Source of the DNA: an uncultured Gammaproteobacteria bacterium
GTDB lineage: Bacteria > Patescibacteriota > Patescibacteriia > JAHIZJ01
Direction: 5' to 3'
Length of the DNA: 64,000 nt
NCBI GenBank assembly: GCA_964594455.1
Contig: CAZQLY010000001.1
Location: 69,989-133,988, forward strand
Below the pieces are notes generated by a model. The model was not told the DNA's origin and ran no database searches. It saw nothing but the letters and a program-made list of their open reading frames with translations. A program made the position numbers and the translations under genes. Positions 19,076-27,562 of this stretch are shown here, piece by piece (position 1 is the stretch's first letter; every line of letters begins with the position of its first letter).

Positions 19076-20254
19076 ATGAGGATAGGAATAGATTGTCGAA
19101 CAATATTAAATCCCAAGAGGGGCGAACGCGCTGGAGTCGGCCACTACTCTTACTATTTGATAAAAAACATTTTAGCTCAGGACAAGAAAAACGAATACGT
19201 TTTGTTTTTTGATTATCGTTTTCAAAATACCAATGAATTTCGACAGAAGAACGTCACGATAAGGTATTTCCCGTTTTCCCAATACAAGAAGTTTCTGCCT
19301 TTTAGCTATTCCCATATGTTAATTGCCGCTTTCCTGAGCCGTGAAAATCTGGATCTCTATCATTCTCCGGCCAATGTCATTCCCTACGGCTACCGCCAGC
19401 CCTCTATCGTTACAGTCCATGATCTGGCTATCTATAAACATCCGGAATGGTTCCCGCGCGGCCAGAAATTCAGCATCTCAATTTTAGTGCCCAGAAGTTT
19501 AAATCGAGCCTGGAGGATTATCGCCGTCTCCGAAGCAACGAGAAAAGACATCATCAAGACGTTTAATATCTCCCAGGACAAGATAAAGGTTATTTATGAG
19601 GGCATGGTAGATGCCAAGACGGCTGTAGACGCCGAAGCCATGAAGAAAAAATATAAGATTCCCGGGAAATACCTACTTTATGTAGGAACATTAGAACCAC
19701 GAAAAAACCTTGTAGAATTAGTCTCGGCTTATCATCAGCTGATCGAAAAGAATAAATCGCTGTCCAAATACACTTTAGTCTTAGCCGGCCACAGAGGCTG
19801 GAAGAGCGGGGGGATATTCAAGAAGATCAAAAAATTAAAGCTCGGAGACAAGGTTCACTACGTGGATTATGTGCCGCACGCTGACAAGCTGGGCTTGATC
19901 AAAGAAGCCACCGCCTTTGTCTTCCCTTCACTGTATGAAGGTTTTGGTTTGCCGGTGCTGGAAGCAATGAGCCTGGGAACGCCGGTCATCACTTCAAACA
20001 TTTCTTCACTGCCCGAAGTGGCTGGCCAAGCTGCAATATTAGTGAACCCCAAAAATGAAAAGTCCTTAGTTGACGCCATGAAGAAAGTCTTGACCTCAGC
20101 GCCCACTCGCAAGAGATTAAGCACCGCCGGGATAGAGCAATCCAAGAAATTCAGCTGGCGCAAATGCGCTCAAGAAACTATCAAGGTTTATCGAGAAGAA
20201 TACCAGAAGATCCAGAAGATAAAAAAAGCCGCTCAGAAGAAGCGCAAGAAATAA
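19076..20254 (+). CDS. Glycosyltransferase family 4 (GT-B)
   Basis: TVHDL, VGTLEPRKN and FPSLYEGFGLPVLEAM. Confidence 0.92.
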   Translation: MRIGIDCRTILNPKRGERAGVGHYSYYLIKNILAQDKKNEYVLFFDYRFQNTNEFRQKNVTIRYFPFSQYKKFLPFSYSHMLIAAFLSRENLDLYHSPANVIPYGYRQPSIVTVHDLAIYKHPEWFPRGQKFSISILVPRSLNRAWRIIAVSEATRKDIIKTFNISQDKIKVIYEGMVDAKTAVDAEAMKKKYKIPGKYLLYVGTLEPRKNLVELVSAYHQLIEKNKSLSKYTLVLAGHRGWKSGGIFKKIKKLKLGDKVHYVDYVPHADKLGLIKEATAFVFPSLYEGFGLPVLEAMSLGTPVITSNISSLPEVAGQAAILVNPKNEKSLVDAMKKVLTSAPTRKRLSTAGIEQSKKFSWRKCAQETIKVYREEYQKIQKIKKAAQKKRKK

Positions 20255-20507
20255 TATTTTTTGCAATATAATATATAAAAAAAAGAGGTCCGTTGATTGA
20301 AGCGGTACCTCGTTTGGCTGTCAGCAGATAGCCCACTGCCCAGAACAAGACCGGGTTCAGTCCCGGGGGGATGAAGTGGCTCTGGATCAAGTGCTGGATA
20401 GCGCTGAGTACAGCCACCCAGGCGATGAACGGCGGACTGATCCACCCAATGAACAAACAAGCGAACGAGACCAGCAGAATGCAGAAAATGGCTTCGGAAC
20501 GCGGCAT
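20181..20507 (-). CDS. Small hydrophobic orphan protein (reads through its own terminator)
   Basis: TTGCAC-17-TAGTTT promoter, AAAGGAGG SD, hydrophobic N-terminal 65 aa. Confidence 0.4.
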   Translation of the reverse strand: MPRSEAIFCILLVSFACLFIGWISPPFIAWVAVLSAIQHLIQSHFIPPGLNPVLFWAVGYLLTAKRGTASINGPLFFIYYIAKNIISCASSERLFLSSGSSGILLDKP

Positions 20508-21125
20508 ATCCATCCCTCCTTTCAGATATGGCCATAAGCGCTTTTTCACCATAATCAAACTAGCATTTGTGCGTATAATGTGCAATAAAGCTGTATTATG
20601 TATATTTTCCCTTCAAGGTCCCTAGTTTTTTAATAATTTATATGGTTTACAATATCTATAAAAATGGTTTTTTGGGGTGATTTTATGATATTAACCTATG
20701 AATACATATGATTTTTTTCAATTAATGCTTGACAGGGTTTCACCATTCGTGGTAACCTATGAAATGGTATGAAAAATAACAGTTTCAGAAGGCGCCTTCA
20801 TTAACCTATTAAGAAAAGCTATTAAGGGCTCGCACCCCGATCTGGCCAAAAATACACCAGCAAACAGCAGGCCGAGCAGACTGCATTAAGCAGCTGGTGG
20901 GCAAAGTCGAGCCCATTATTAAGTACTAAAGCGTACCATTATGGCAAAGACAAAAACTTCAGCCTATGGCAAGCAGAAACAGAAAATCGTTCCTGTTCGC
21001 TCATATAAAAGGAACGGCAAACGGATAAAACCGCATCGCCGCTCCACCCGGAATAAAATAGGTTGTGAGTCAATCGGGGTGTGGACTTTTGATAAATCCT
21101 ACTAAATAAATTATACATCACTACC

Positions 21126-22838
21126 GTGGTAAATAAAACATCAAGCGAAAAGAAATTATTATCAATCAGCCAAGTGTCGAAAATCTTTGGTATCCACCAA
21201 GATACACTTCGTAATTGGGAGAAAAAAGGACTCATTACTCCTCTCCGGGTGGGTCCTCGTAAGGACAGAAAATATCGCCCTCAAGATATTGAAAGAATCG
21301 CCAACGATAAAAGTCTCGTAGATGAATTTATTTCTCCGGTGGCTGATGAGCGAGGGAAAATGAATCTCACCCAGTTAAAGCAGTTTCTCTGGAGAAGCGC
21401 TGATATATTACGTGGAAAAATCGATAGTTCCGATTACAAAAAGTATATTTTTGGACTTCTTTTTTATAAGCGCATTAGTGATGTGTGGGATGAAGAATAT
21501 AAAAAAGTTTTGGAAGAGTTTCACAATGAAGATTTAGCACGCAGTGATCACAATCACCGCTTTCAGGTTCCAAAAGATTGTCAGTGGTCAGAGATTCAAA
21601 AACAGGCAGAAGGAATCGGGCATAAGCTCAACGAAATTTTTGATAAACTTACCAACGCAAACAACCCGAAGCTGGATAAGATATTTGATGATCTTGATTT
21701 TGCGAATAAGGACAAATTTCCTAATGAGACACTCCAGCGTCTGGTCAATCATTTTTCTCAATTCAATTTTGGCGATAATTATATCAGTTCCGATCTTTTG
21801 GGTGACGCATACGAATACCTTATTGAGCAGTTCGCGGCGGATGCTGGAAAAAAAGGTGGGGAGTTCTACACACCCCGTGAAGTAGAGCGTGTAATTATTA
21901 ATATTTTGAAACCGCACGAAAAAGACCACATCTATGACATGGCGGCTGGTTCGGGCGGGTTCTTACTCGAGGCATATCATTATCTTAAAAGTCAGGCAAG
22001 CGAAAAAAAAGCTCGCTCACTGTATCTCTATGGCCAAGAAATAAATATTGGCACATACGCGATTGCAAAGATTAATATGTTTCTGCACGGACTTGATGGT
22101 GCGGACATTCAGCGCGGTGACACGCTAGCGGATCCGAAATTTCTCAATCCCGATGGCTCACTTAAAACATTCGACATTTGCGTGGCAAATCCACCATATT
22201 CTGTAAAAGAATGGGAAACTGAAACATTTAGAGCCGACAAATACGGTCGGATTACTGACTATGAAATGCCCCCGACCAAAAAAGCCGATTATGCCTTTGT
22301 TTTACACATGGTGAAGTCAATGAATGAAAATGGTCGTGCCGGAATTGTACTTCCCCATGGCGTGCTTTTCCGTGGTGGTGCAGAGGGTCGTATCCGCGAA
22401 AAACTCATCAAAGATGATCTCATTGAAGCAATTATTGCTTTACCGCCTAAACTATTTTATGGCACAGGGATACCTGCAGCGATCGTAATATTTAATAAGA
22501 ATAAACCAGAGGAACATAAGAATAAAATTCTCATCATTGACGCTGAAAAGGATTTCGAGGAGGGGAAAAATCAAAATCGCCTTCGCAAGAAAGATATTGA
22601 GAAAATCGTTTTAGCCTTTGATGGGTATCGGGATATAGAAAAATATGCCCGTGTAGTAGATATTAAAGAATTAGAAGAAAACGAATTTAATCTAAATGTT
22701 CGTAGATATATTGAGAATGGTGAGGATGAGGAAGTGGTGGATGTCAAAACAGTATGGAGCGAGTTAAAGGATATTGAAAAAGAGCGCGAGGTGGTTGATA
22801 AAAAAGTCGAGGGGTATTTAAAGGAGTTGGAGTATTAA
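21126..22838 (+). CDS. hsdM: Type I R-M methyltransferase subunit with N-terminal MerR-type HTH
   Basis: LWRSADILRG, GEFYTP, DMAAGSGGFL and NPPY; N-terminal SISQVSKIFGIHQDTLRNWEKKGL. Confidence 0.93.
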   Translation: MVNKTSSEKKLLSISQVSKIFGIHQDTLRNWEKKGLITPLRVGPRKDRKYRPQDIERIANDKSLVDEFISPVADERGKMNLTQLKQFLWRSADILRGKIDSSDYKKYIFGLLFYKRISDVWDEEYKKVLEEFHNEDLARSDHNHRFQVPKDCQWSEIQKQAEGIGHKLNEIFDKLTNANNPKLDKIFDDLDFANKDKFPNETLQRLVNHFSQFNFGDNYISSDLLGDAYEYLIEQFAADAGKKGGEFYTPREVERVIINILKPHEKDHIYDMAAGSGGFLLEAYHYLKSQASEKKARSLYLYGQEINIGTYAIAKINMFLHGLDGADIQRGDTLADPKFLNPDGSLKTFDICVANPPYSVKEWETETFRADKYGRITDYEMPPTKKADYAFVLHMVKSMNENGRAGIVLPHGVLFRGGAEGRIREKLIKDDLIEAIIALPPKLFYGTGIPAAIVIFNKNKPEEHKNKILIIDAEKDFEEGKNQNRLRKKDIEKIVLAFDGYRDIEKYARVVDIKELEENEFNLNVRRYIENGEDEEVVDVKTVWSELKDIEKEREVVDKKVEGYLKELEY

Positions 22839-22841
22839 ATA

Positions 22842-24293
22842 ATGAAAACAGAGATTTCTAACAATAGGATGATAAATGGGCAAACGAAAAATTTGCAAAT
22901 TAAACATTTAAGCAAAGTAAATGTTATTTTTGGCAAAAATGGAACTGGTAAAAGTAGTTTCTTAAGAAATCTCTATCAATCAGATTCAGAGAATTTTCAC
23001 TTAATTGTACCTGAGAGAGGTGGTGCAGAAATGCGGCAAAATTCTGGGATATTAGATCAGGAAAATAATCCTCAACAAAAGAAGGCAGTTAGAAGATGGA
23101 ACTTCGATTCAGAATATCGAAGCAGAGCAATTTCTAGAGCAACTAACATTCTCACTTCACTGGGATACAATACGGCCCATAACATTCAATCCAAAGAGGT
23201 GTCAGCTGAGGAATTAACTACACTATTTAGGGTTTTCTTGCCGGAGTTTAAAGTAATATTTAACTCTAGCGCCCCGTTTAATCTTGAAATTTTCCGTGAG
23301 ATTAATGGAAATGAAGAAAAAATAACAGATGCAAAGCAGTTATCTTCTGGGCAAGTTGAAGCATTATCACTAGCCGCAGATATCATTACTCAAGCCATTT
23401 TGTGGGACGCGACAGAAAAAACTCTCTTAATTGATGAACCCGATGTTCACCTTCATACTGATTTAGAAAACAGATTTGCAATTTTTATTAATGAGATAGC
23501 CAAAAGATTTGGCGTACAAGTTATTATTGCCACCCATTCTTCCGGCCTAATCGCAAGCTTACTGAGTTTAATAAAAGAAGTTGGAATTTTATGCTTTGAT
23601 AAAAATAGTGAAGAGATTTCTGCTATACAGAAGGATCAGGCATCTATTTTTACAAATTTATTGAGCATTGAGTTGTCCTTGGCGGTCGTTTTGAATAGGA
23701 AAATAGTCATTGTTGAAGGCAATGATGATTTTCTGGTTTGGAATCAGGCAACACGTTCGCAGCAATTTGACGATATTGCATTAATACAGGCGAATGGTAG
23801 CGATATATTAAAATACAAAAATAATGCGGAGAAAATTTTAGAAGCTGTTCTTGATAGAAATTGTCAACTTGGTGTTACTTTACTTGATGGTGATAACAAA
23901 CAAAAGTTTACTAATCAACAAAATGATAAACTACCTTGCGAAAGATTAAATTGTTATAGCTTAGAAAACTTATTGTTAACCAACGAAGTTCTACAAATAA
24001 TCAAACCTGACATTGATCTGAACAACGAACTTAAAGTTCTTAAAGGTGAAGATAATATTACCGATGATGAAAAAAATATTCTTGATGGGGTTATTAAGGA
24101 CAAACAACACACAAAAATACCCAAGGAACTGATAAAAAAAATTCATTCATATATTGACGAACACTCATCGTCACGCGATTGGAGAATTATTATTGGTAAA
24201 AGTCTGGGTATAAATATGCCCTCTGGGGAATTAGCGTCTTTTTTAGGGGGAGACATTGTGAAATATATTTGGAATGAGAATAAAGAAATATGA
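22842..24293 (+). CDS. OLD-family-like ABC ATPase + TOPRIM nuclease
   Basis: Walker A GKNGTGKS, LSSGQ, LIDEPDVHLH and IATHS; TOPRIM IVEGNDD, DGD and SLEN. Confidence 0.8.
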   Translation: MKTEISNNRMINGQTKNLQIKHLSKVNVIFGKNGTGKSSFLRNLYQSDSENFHLIVPERGGAEMRQNSGILDQENNPQQKKAVRRWNFDSEYRSRAISRATNILTSLGYNTAHNIQSKEVSAEELTTLFRVFLPEFKVIFNSSAPFNLEIFREINGNEEKITDAKQLSSGQVEALSLAADIITQAILWDATEKTLLIDEPDVHLHTDLENRFAIFINEIAKRFGVQVIIATHSSGLIASLLSLIKEVGILCFDKNSEEISAIQKDQASIFTNLLSIELSLAVVLNRKIVIVEGNDDFLVWNQATRSQQFDDIALIQANGSDILKYKNNAEKILEAVLDRNCQLGVTLLDGDNKQKFTNQQNDKLPCERLNCYSLENLLLTNEVLQIIKPDIDLNNELKVLKGEDNITDDEKNILDGVIKDKQHTKIPKELIKKIHSYIDEHSSSRDWRIIIGKSLGINMPSGELASFLGGDIVKYIWNENKEI

Positions 24294-24682
24294 CAGAAGT
24301 TGAAAAATTACAAATCTCAATTAGTCGAGAGCACTCTGATGTTAAGGGTGAAATCAGTGAAATTTTTAAAGATCTAAATGCTAGTGTTAAGGCAGACTAC
24401 GTGCGCCTTTCTGAAAGCGAGCTAGCGATGCAGGTGATTATTTTTTTAACAACTGCTTTTGCGGGTGGAGCACTGTGGGATGTACTAAAGTGGTCGATAA
24501 AAGAGCTGTATAAAAAACACCCTAAAGCGATGGTTGAAATTCGTGATTCGGATTCTATTATGTACGCGGTTAAAGGAGACTTAAGTATTACGGTGATAGT
24601 TGCCCCAGATAGGGCAAAAGAGTTTGAACACATAAACACGCTCGACGATTTACGGAAGCATTTAGAGTCGACTAAAAGATGA
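24290..24682 (+). CDS. Hypothetical protein with central hydrophobic Gly/Ala helix
   Basis: 130 aa, ATGA-coupled to the upstream gene; VIIFLTTAFAGGALWDVLK. Confidence 0.65.
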   Translation: MTEVEKLQISISREHSDVKGEISEIFKDLNASVKADYVRLSESELAMQVIIFLTTAFAGGALWDVLKWSIKELYKKHPKAMVEIRDSDSIMYAVKGDLSITVIVAPDRAKEFEHINTLDDLRKHLESTKR

Positions 24683-24837
24683 AAAATAATACAACACAAA
24701 AGAATATTCCGAGCGGGTGGAAACTAAAAAAATTGAGTAATGTTTTGGATTATGAACGACCAGATGCCTATATTGAAAAAAAGCGCGGGATTGTTGACAA
24801 AAAAGTTGGAGGGTATTTAAAGGAATTAAAATATTAA
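24679..24837 (+). pseudogene. Chimeric hsdS-5'/hsdM-3' remnant mini-ORF (52 aa)
   Basis: MKNNTTQKNIPSGWKLKKLSNVLDYERPDAYI matches the HsdS N-terminus; EKKRGIVDKKVGGYLKELKY* matches the HsdM C-terminus. Confidence 0.85.
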
Positions 24838-24840
24838 TTT

Positions 24841-25239
24841 ATGAACGAGAAAAGACTAAAACATTTGGAGTTAATTCAAGGGGTCGTCACCAGAATGGGC
24901 TCAAATCTCTTTACATTAAGAGGTTGGATGATAACGCTTGTCGTCGGTCTGTCTGTTGCTTTTTTGGAGGTTGGGCGTAATGAATTGCAAATTATACTAG
25001 TATTCGTTGTTTTAATATTTTGGATCCACGATGCGTACTTCCTTTCTTTGGAGCGAAGCTACCGATGCATGTACGACAAAGTTAGGAAATTAACAGAGGA
25101 TGAGATTGATTTTTCAATGGATATTTCGGAATTTAATAAGTTAAGGGCGACATCCATTTGGTACTGCATGATATCCGGTACTCTGGCGTATTTTTATATA
25201 CCGACTCTCGTATTGATAGGAATAATAAGTATATTTTAA
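24841..25239 (+). CDS. Small multi-TM protein adjacent to TIR gene (candidate membrane effector)
   Basis: HLELIQGVVTRMGSN...GW, WIHDAYFLSLERSYR; about 3 TM segments. Confidence 0.7.
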   Translation: MNEKRLKHLELIQGVVTRMGSNLFTLRGWMITLVVGLSVAFLEVGRNELQIILVFVVLIFWIHDAYFLSLERSYRCMYDKVRKLTEDEIDFSMDISEFNKLRATSIWYCMISGTLAYFYIPTLVLIGIISIF

Positions 25240-25241
25240 TT

Positions 25242-25721
25242 ATGACAAGAAAAATATTTTACAGTTTTCGTTTTGATGACGACGTAATGAGGGTTCAGCA
25301 AATCCGAAATATAGGAGTTATCGAAGACAACAAGCCTGTTACGGCTAACAAATGGGAAGAAATTAAAAGTGGCGGTGATTCTGCGATTCAAAAATGGATT
25401 GATGCTAGCATTGCCCGATCTGAATGCGTCGTTGTGTTAATTGGAAAAAATACTTCACAAAGTCGTTGGGTTGATTACGAAATCAGAAAAGCTTGGAACG
25501 ATGGTAAGGGCTTAGTGGGTATCTACATTCACAATTTAAAAGACCCAAGGTATGGAACCTCTGATAAAGGCACCAATCCTTTTGAACAGATAGGATTAAA
25601 AAATGGAAAAAAATTATCTGAATATGTTTCTGTTTATAACCCAGACACAGATGCCTACAACTATATAGCTAAATACATAGATCAAATTGTCGAGAAAGGA
25701 ATCGATTCGCGGAATAAATAA
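25242..25721 (+). CDS. TIR-domain protein (ThsB/DUF1863-like)
   Basis: RKIFYSF, CVVVLIG, SRWVDYEI (catalytic Glu) and GKGLVGIYIH; start corrected to 25242. Confidence 0.85.
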   Translation: MTRKIFYSFRFDDDVMRVQQIRNIGVIEDNKPVTANKWEEIKSGGDSAIQKWIDASIARSECVVVLIGKNTSQSRWVDYEIRKAWNDGKGLVGIYIHNLKDPRYGTSDKGTNPFEQIGLKNGKKLSEYVSVYNPDTDAYNYIAKYIDQIVEKGIDSRNK

Positions 25722-26882
25722 ATGAAAACTGACACAATACAACAAAATACTCCGAGTGGATGGAAACTCAAAAAATTGAGTGATGTTTTGGATTATGAAC
25801 GACCAGATGCCTATATTGTAAAAAGTACAAGCTACAACGACAAAGCAAAGACCCCAGTGCTTACCGCAAACAAATCCTTTATCTTGGGATATACAGATGA
25901 GGATTTCGGAATTTATAAAAATGTTCCTGCAATAATTTTTGATGATTTTACCACTGACAGCAAGTTTGTAGATTTTCCGTTTAAGGTTAAGTCTTCAGCG
26001 ATTAAAATCTTAAAAGAAAAAAATAAAGAGATAGATCTGCGATTTGTATTTGAAAAAATGAAGTCAGTGAATTTCCCTACAGGAAGTCATAAGCGTTTCT
26101 ATATTTCGCAGTATCAAAATTTAGACATAACAGTTCCCCCGATCAAAGAACAGCAAAAGATTGCAGAGATATTGGGAGGAGTTGATGAGGATATTGCGAA
26201 GACGCAGGAAGTGATTGAGGCGACCGAGAAGCTCAAGCGCGGATTGATGCAACAGCTTTTTACTCGCGGGATTGGGCATACAAAGTTCAAAGATACAGAG
26301 ATTGGAGAGATTCCAGTAGAATGGAAGTTGGAACAATTAAGAGATGTGGCTGATTTTATAAACGGAAAAGCACACGAAAGAGATATTACTGAATATGGTC
26401 ATTATGTTGTTATCAACTCAAAATTTATTTCTACAAATGGAGAGGTTGCAAAACGTTCAGATAAAAATTTGATCCCATTAAGTATTGGGGATATTGCAAT
26501 GGTAATGAGCGATGTCCCTAATGGCAAGGCGATTGCAAAATGTTTTTATGTTTTAGAAAATAATAAGTATACCCTGAATCAGAGAATCTGCTCACTTCGT
26601 GCAAAAAATATCTATAGTAGATTTTTGTATTATGTCGTAAACAGAAATCAATATTTTCTTAAACATGACGACGGAGTTGGACAAACAAATTTAAGAAAAG
26701 ATGAAGTGTTAAACTGCCCCGTCCAAGTTCCGCCAATTAAAGAACAGAAAAAGATCGTCAGAATTATTGAAGCTGTCGATGAAAAGATTTTGATTAATAA
26801 GAAATTAAAAGAAAAACTTACCCAACTCAAAAAAGGCCTGATGCAGGATCTTTTAAGTGGGATGAAGAGAGTAAAAATATGA
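25722..26882 (+). CDS. hsdS: Type I R-M specificity subunit
   Basis: Two TRDs with PPIKEQQKIA/PPIKEQKKIV and LKRGLMQQL/LKKGLMQDL conserved regions. Confidence 0.93.
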   Translation: MKTDTIQQNTPSGWKLKKLSDVLDYERPDAYIVKSTSYNDKAKTPVLTANKSFILGYTDEDFGIYKNVPAIIFDDFTTDSKFVDFPFKVKSSAIKILKEKNKEIDLRFVFEKMKSVNFPTGSHKRFYISQYQNLDITVPPIKEQQKIAEILGGVDEDIAKTQEVIEATEKLKRGLMQQLFTRGIGHTKFKDTEIGEIPVEWKLEQLRDVADFINGKAHERDITEYGHYVVINSKFISTNGEVAKRSDKNLIPLSIGDIAMVMSDVPNGKAIAKCFYVLENNKYTLNQRICSLRAKNIYSRFLYYVVNRNQYFLKHDDGVGQTNLRKDEVLNCPVQVPPIKEQKKIVRIIEAVDEKILINKKLKEKLTQLKKGLMQDLLSGMKRVKI

Positions 26883-27562
26883 AAGATGATATGGAGAAAA
26901 AATGGGAACAAAATCATTTGACTCTTTGGCAGGATGATTCCTCACGAATAGAAGAATTCTTCAAACGATTTGGTGTAGAAATGTCGCAATCCTATAATAA
27001 TCTTTTCAATCTGGATTATGATTTCATCCAGCCAGCTATTTATCTAATTGGGAAAATTGAGAAGGTCATAGAGGTATGCGATTTTTTGAACTCTCTTGCG
27101 AAAAATAATCATGATGACGTTGATAAGATTAAAATATTTTATTTAGTTTCACATGCCGAAATTATTATCAATACTTTTACCGCAAATTCGGCCGGTATGA
27201 ATAAAAGTGATTTAGTTGATTCCTTTTTTGAGCCCGTTAAGGATAAATTACAGTATACCTTGCAGCTCACGAGTGAGGATACGAATAAATTAAGCAAAAT
27301 GAATCAACAAATTACTCCAAGCAGGATATTGTACAAATTGCGCAACGAATATGCTCATCAGGGTAATTTTACGGGTAAGATTTTTAAATTGCTCACAGAT
27401 GAAGAAAAGGTATCCAACCTATTTTCGTTCGATTGGGATATCCCGAAAGCACAACCGCTTGATGTTTGTGGTCTAACAAGATTAACATACGATCAGTTTC
27501 TTCATATATATTTTTCAGCTTTTAAGTGGCATTTTGAAGACTATATAAAAAAACATTCATGA
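26879..27562 (+). CDS. Hypothetical protein with HEPN-like RxxxxH motif
   Basis: LRNEYAHQG; translationally coupled to both hsdS and hsdR. Confidence 0.6.
   Translation: MKDDMEKKWEQNHLTLWQDDSSRIEEFFKRFGVEMSQSYNNLFNLDYDFIQPAIYLIGKIEKVIEVCDFLNSLAKNNHDDVDKIKIFYLVSHAEIIINTFTANSAGMNKSDLVDSFFEPVKDKLQYTLQLTSEDTNKLSKMNQQITPSRILYKLRNEYAHQGNFTGKIFKLLTDEEKVSNLFSFDWDIPKAQPLDVCGLTRLTYDQFLHIYFSAFKWHFEDYIKKHS

Noticed and set aside
20720-21085. Possible IS remnant or attachment site at the left edge of the R-M island
   Set aside because: No transposase or integrase and no convincing terminal or direct repeat matched at the right edge (~31400).
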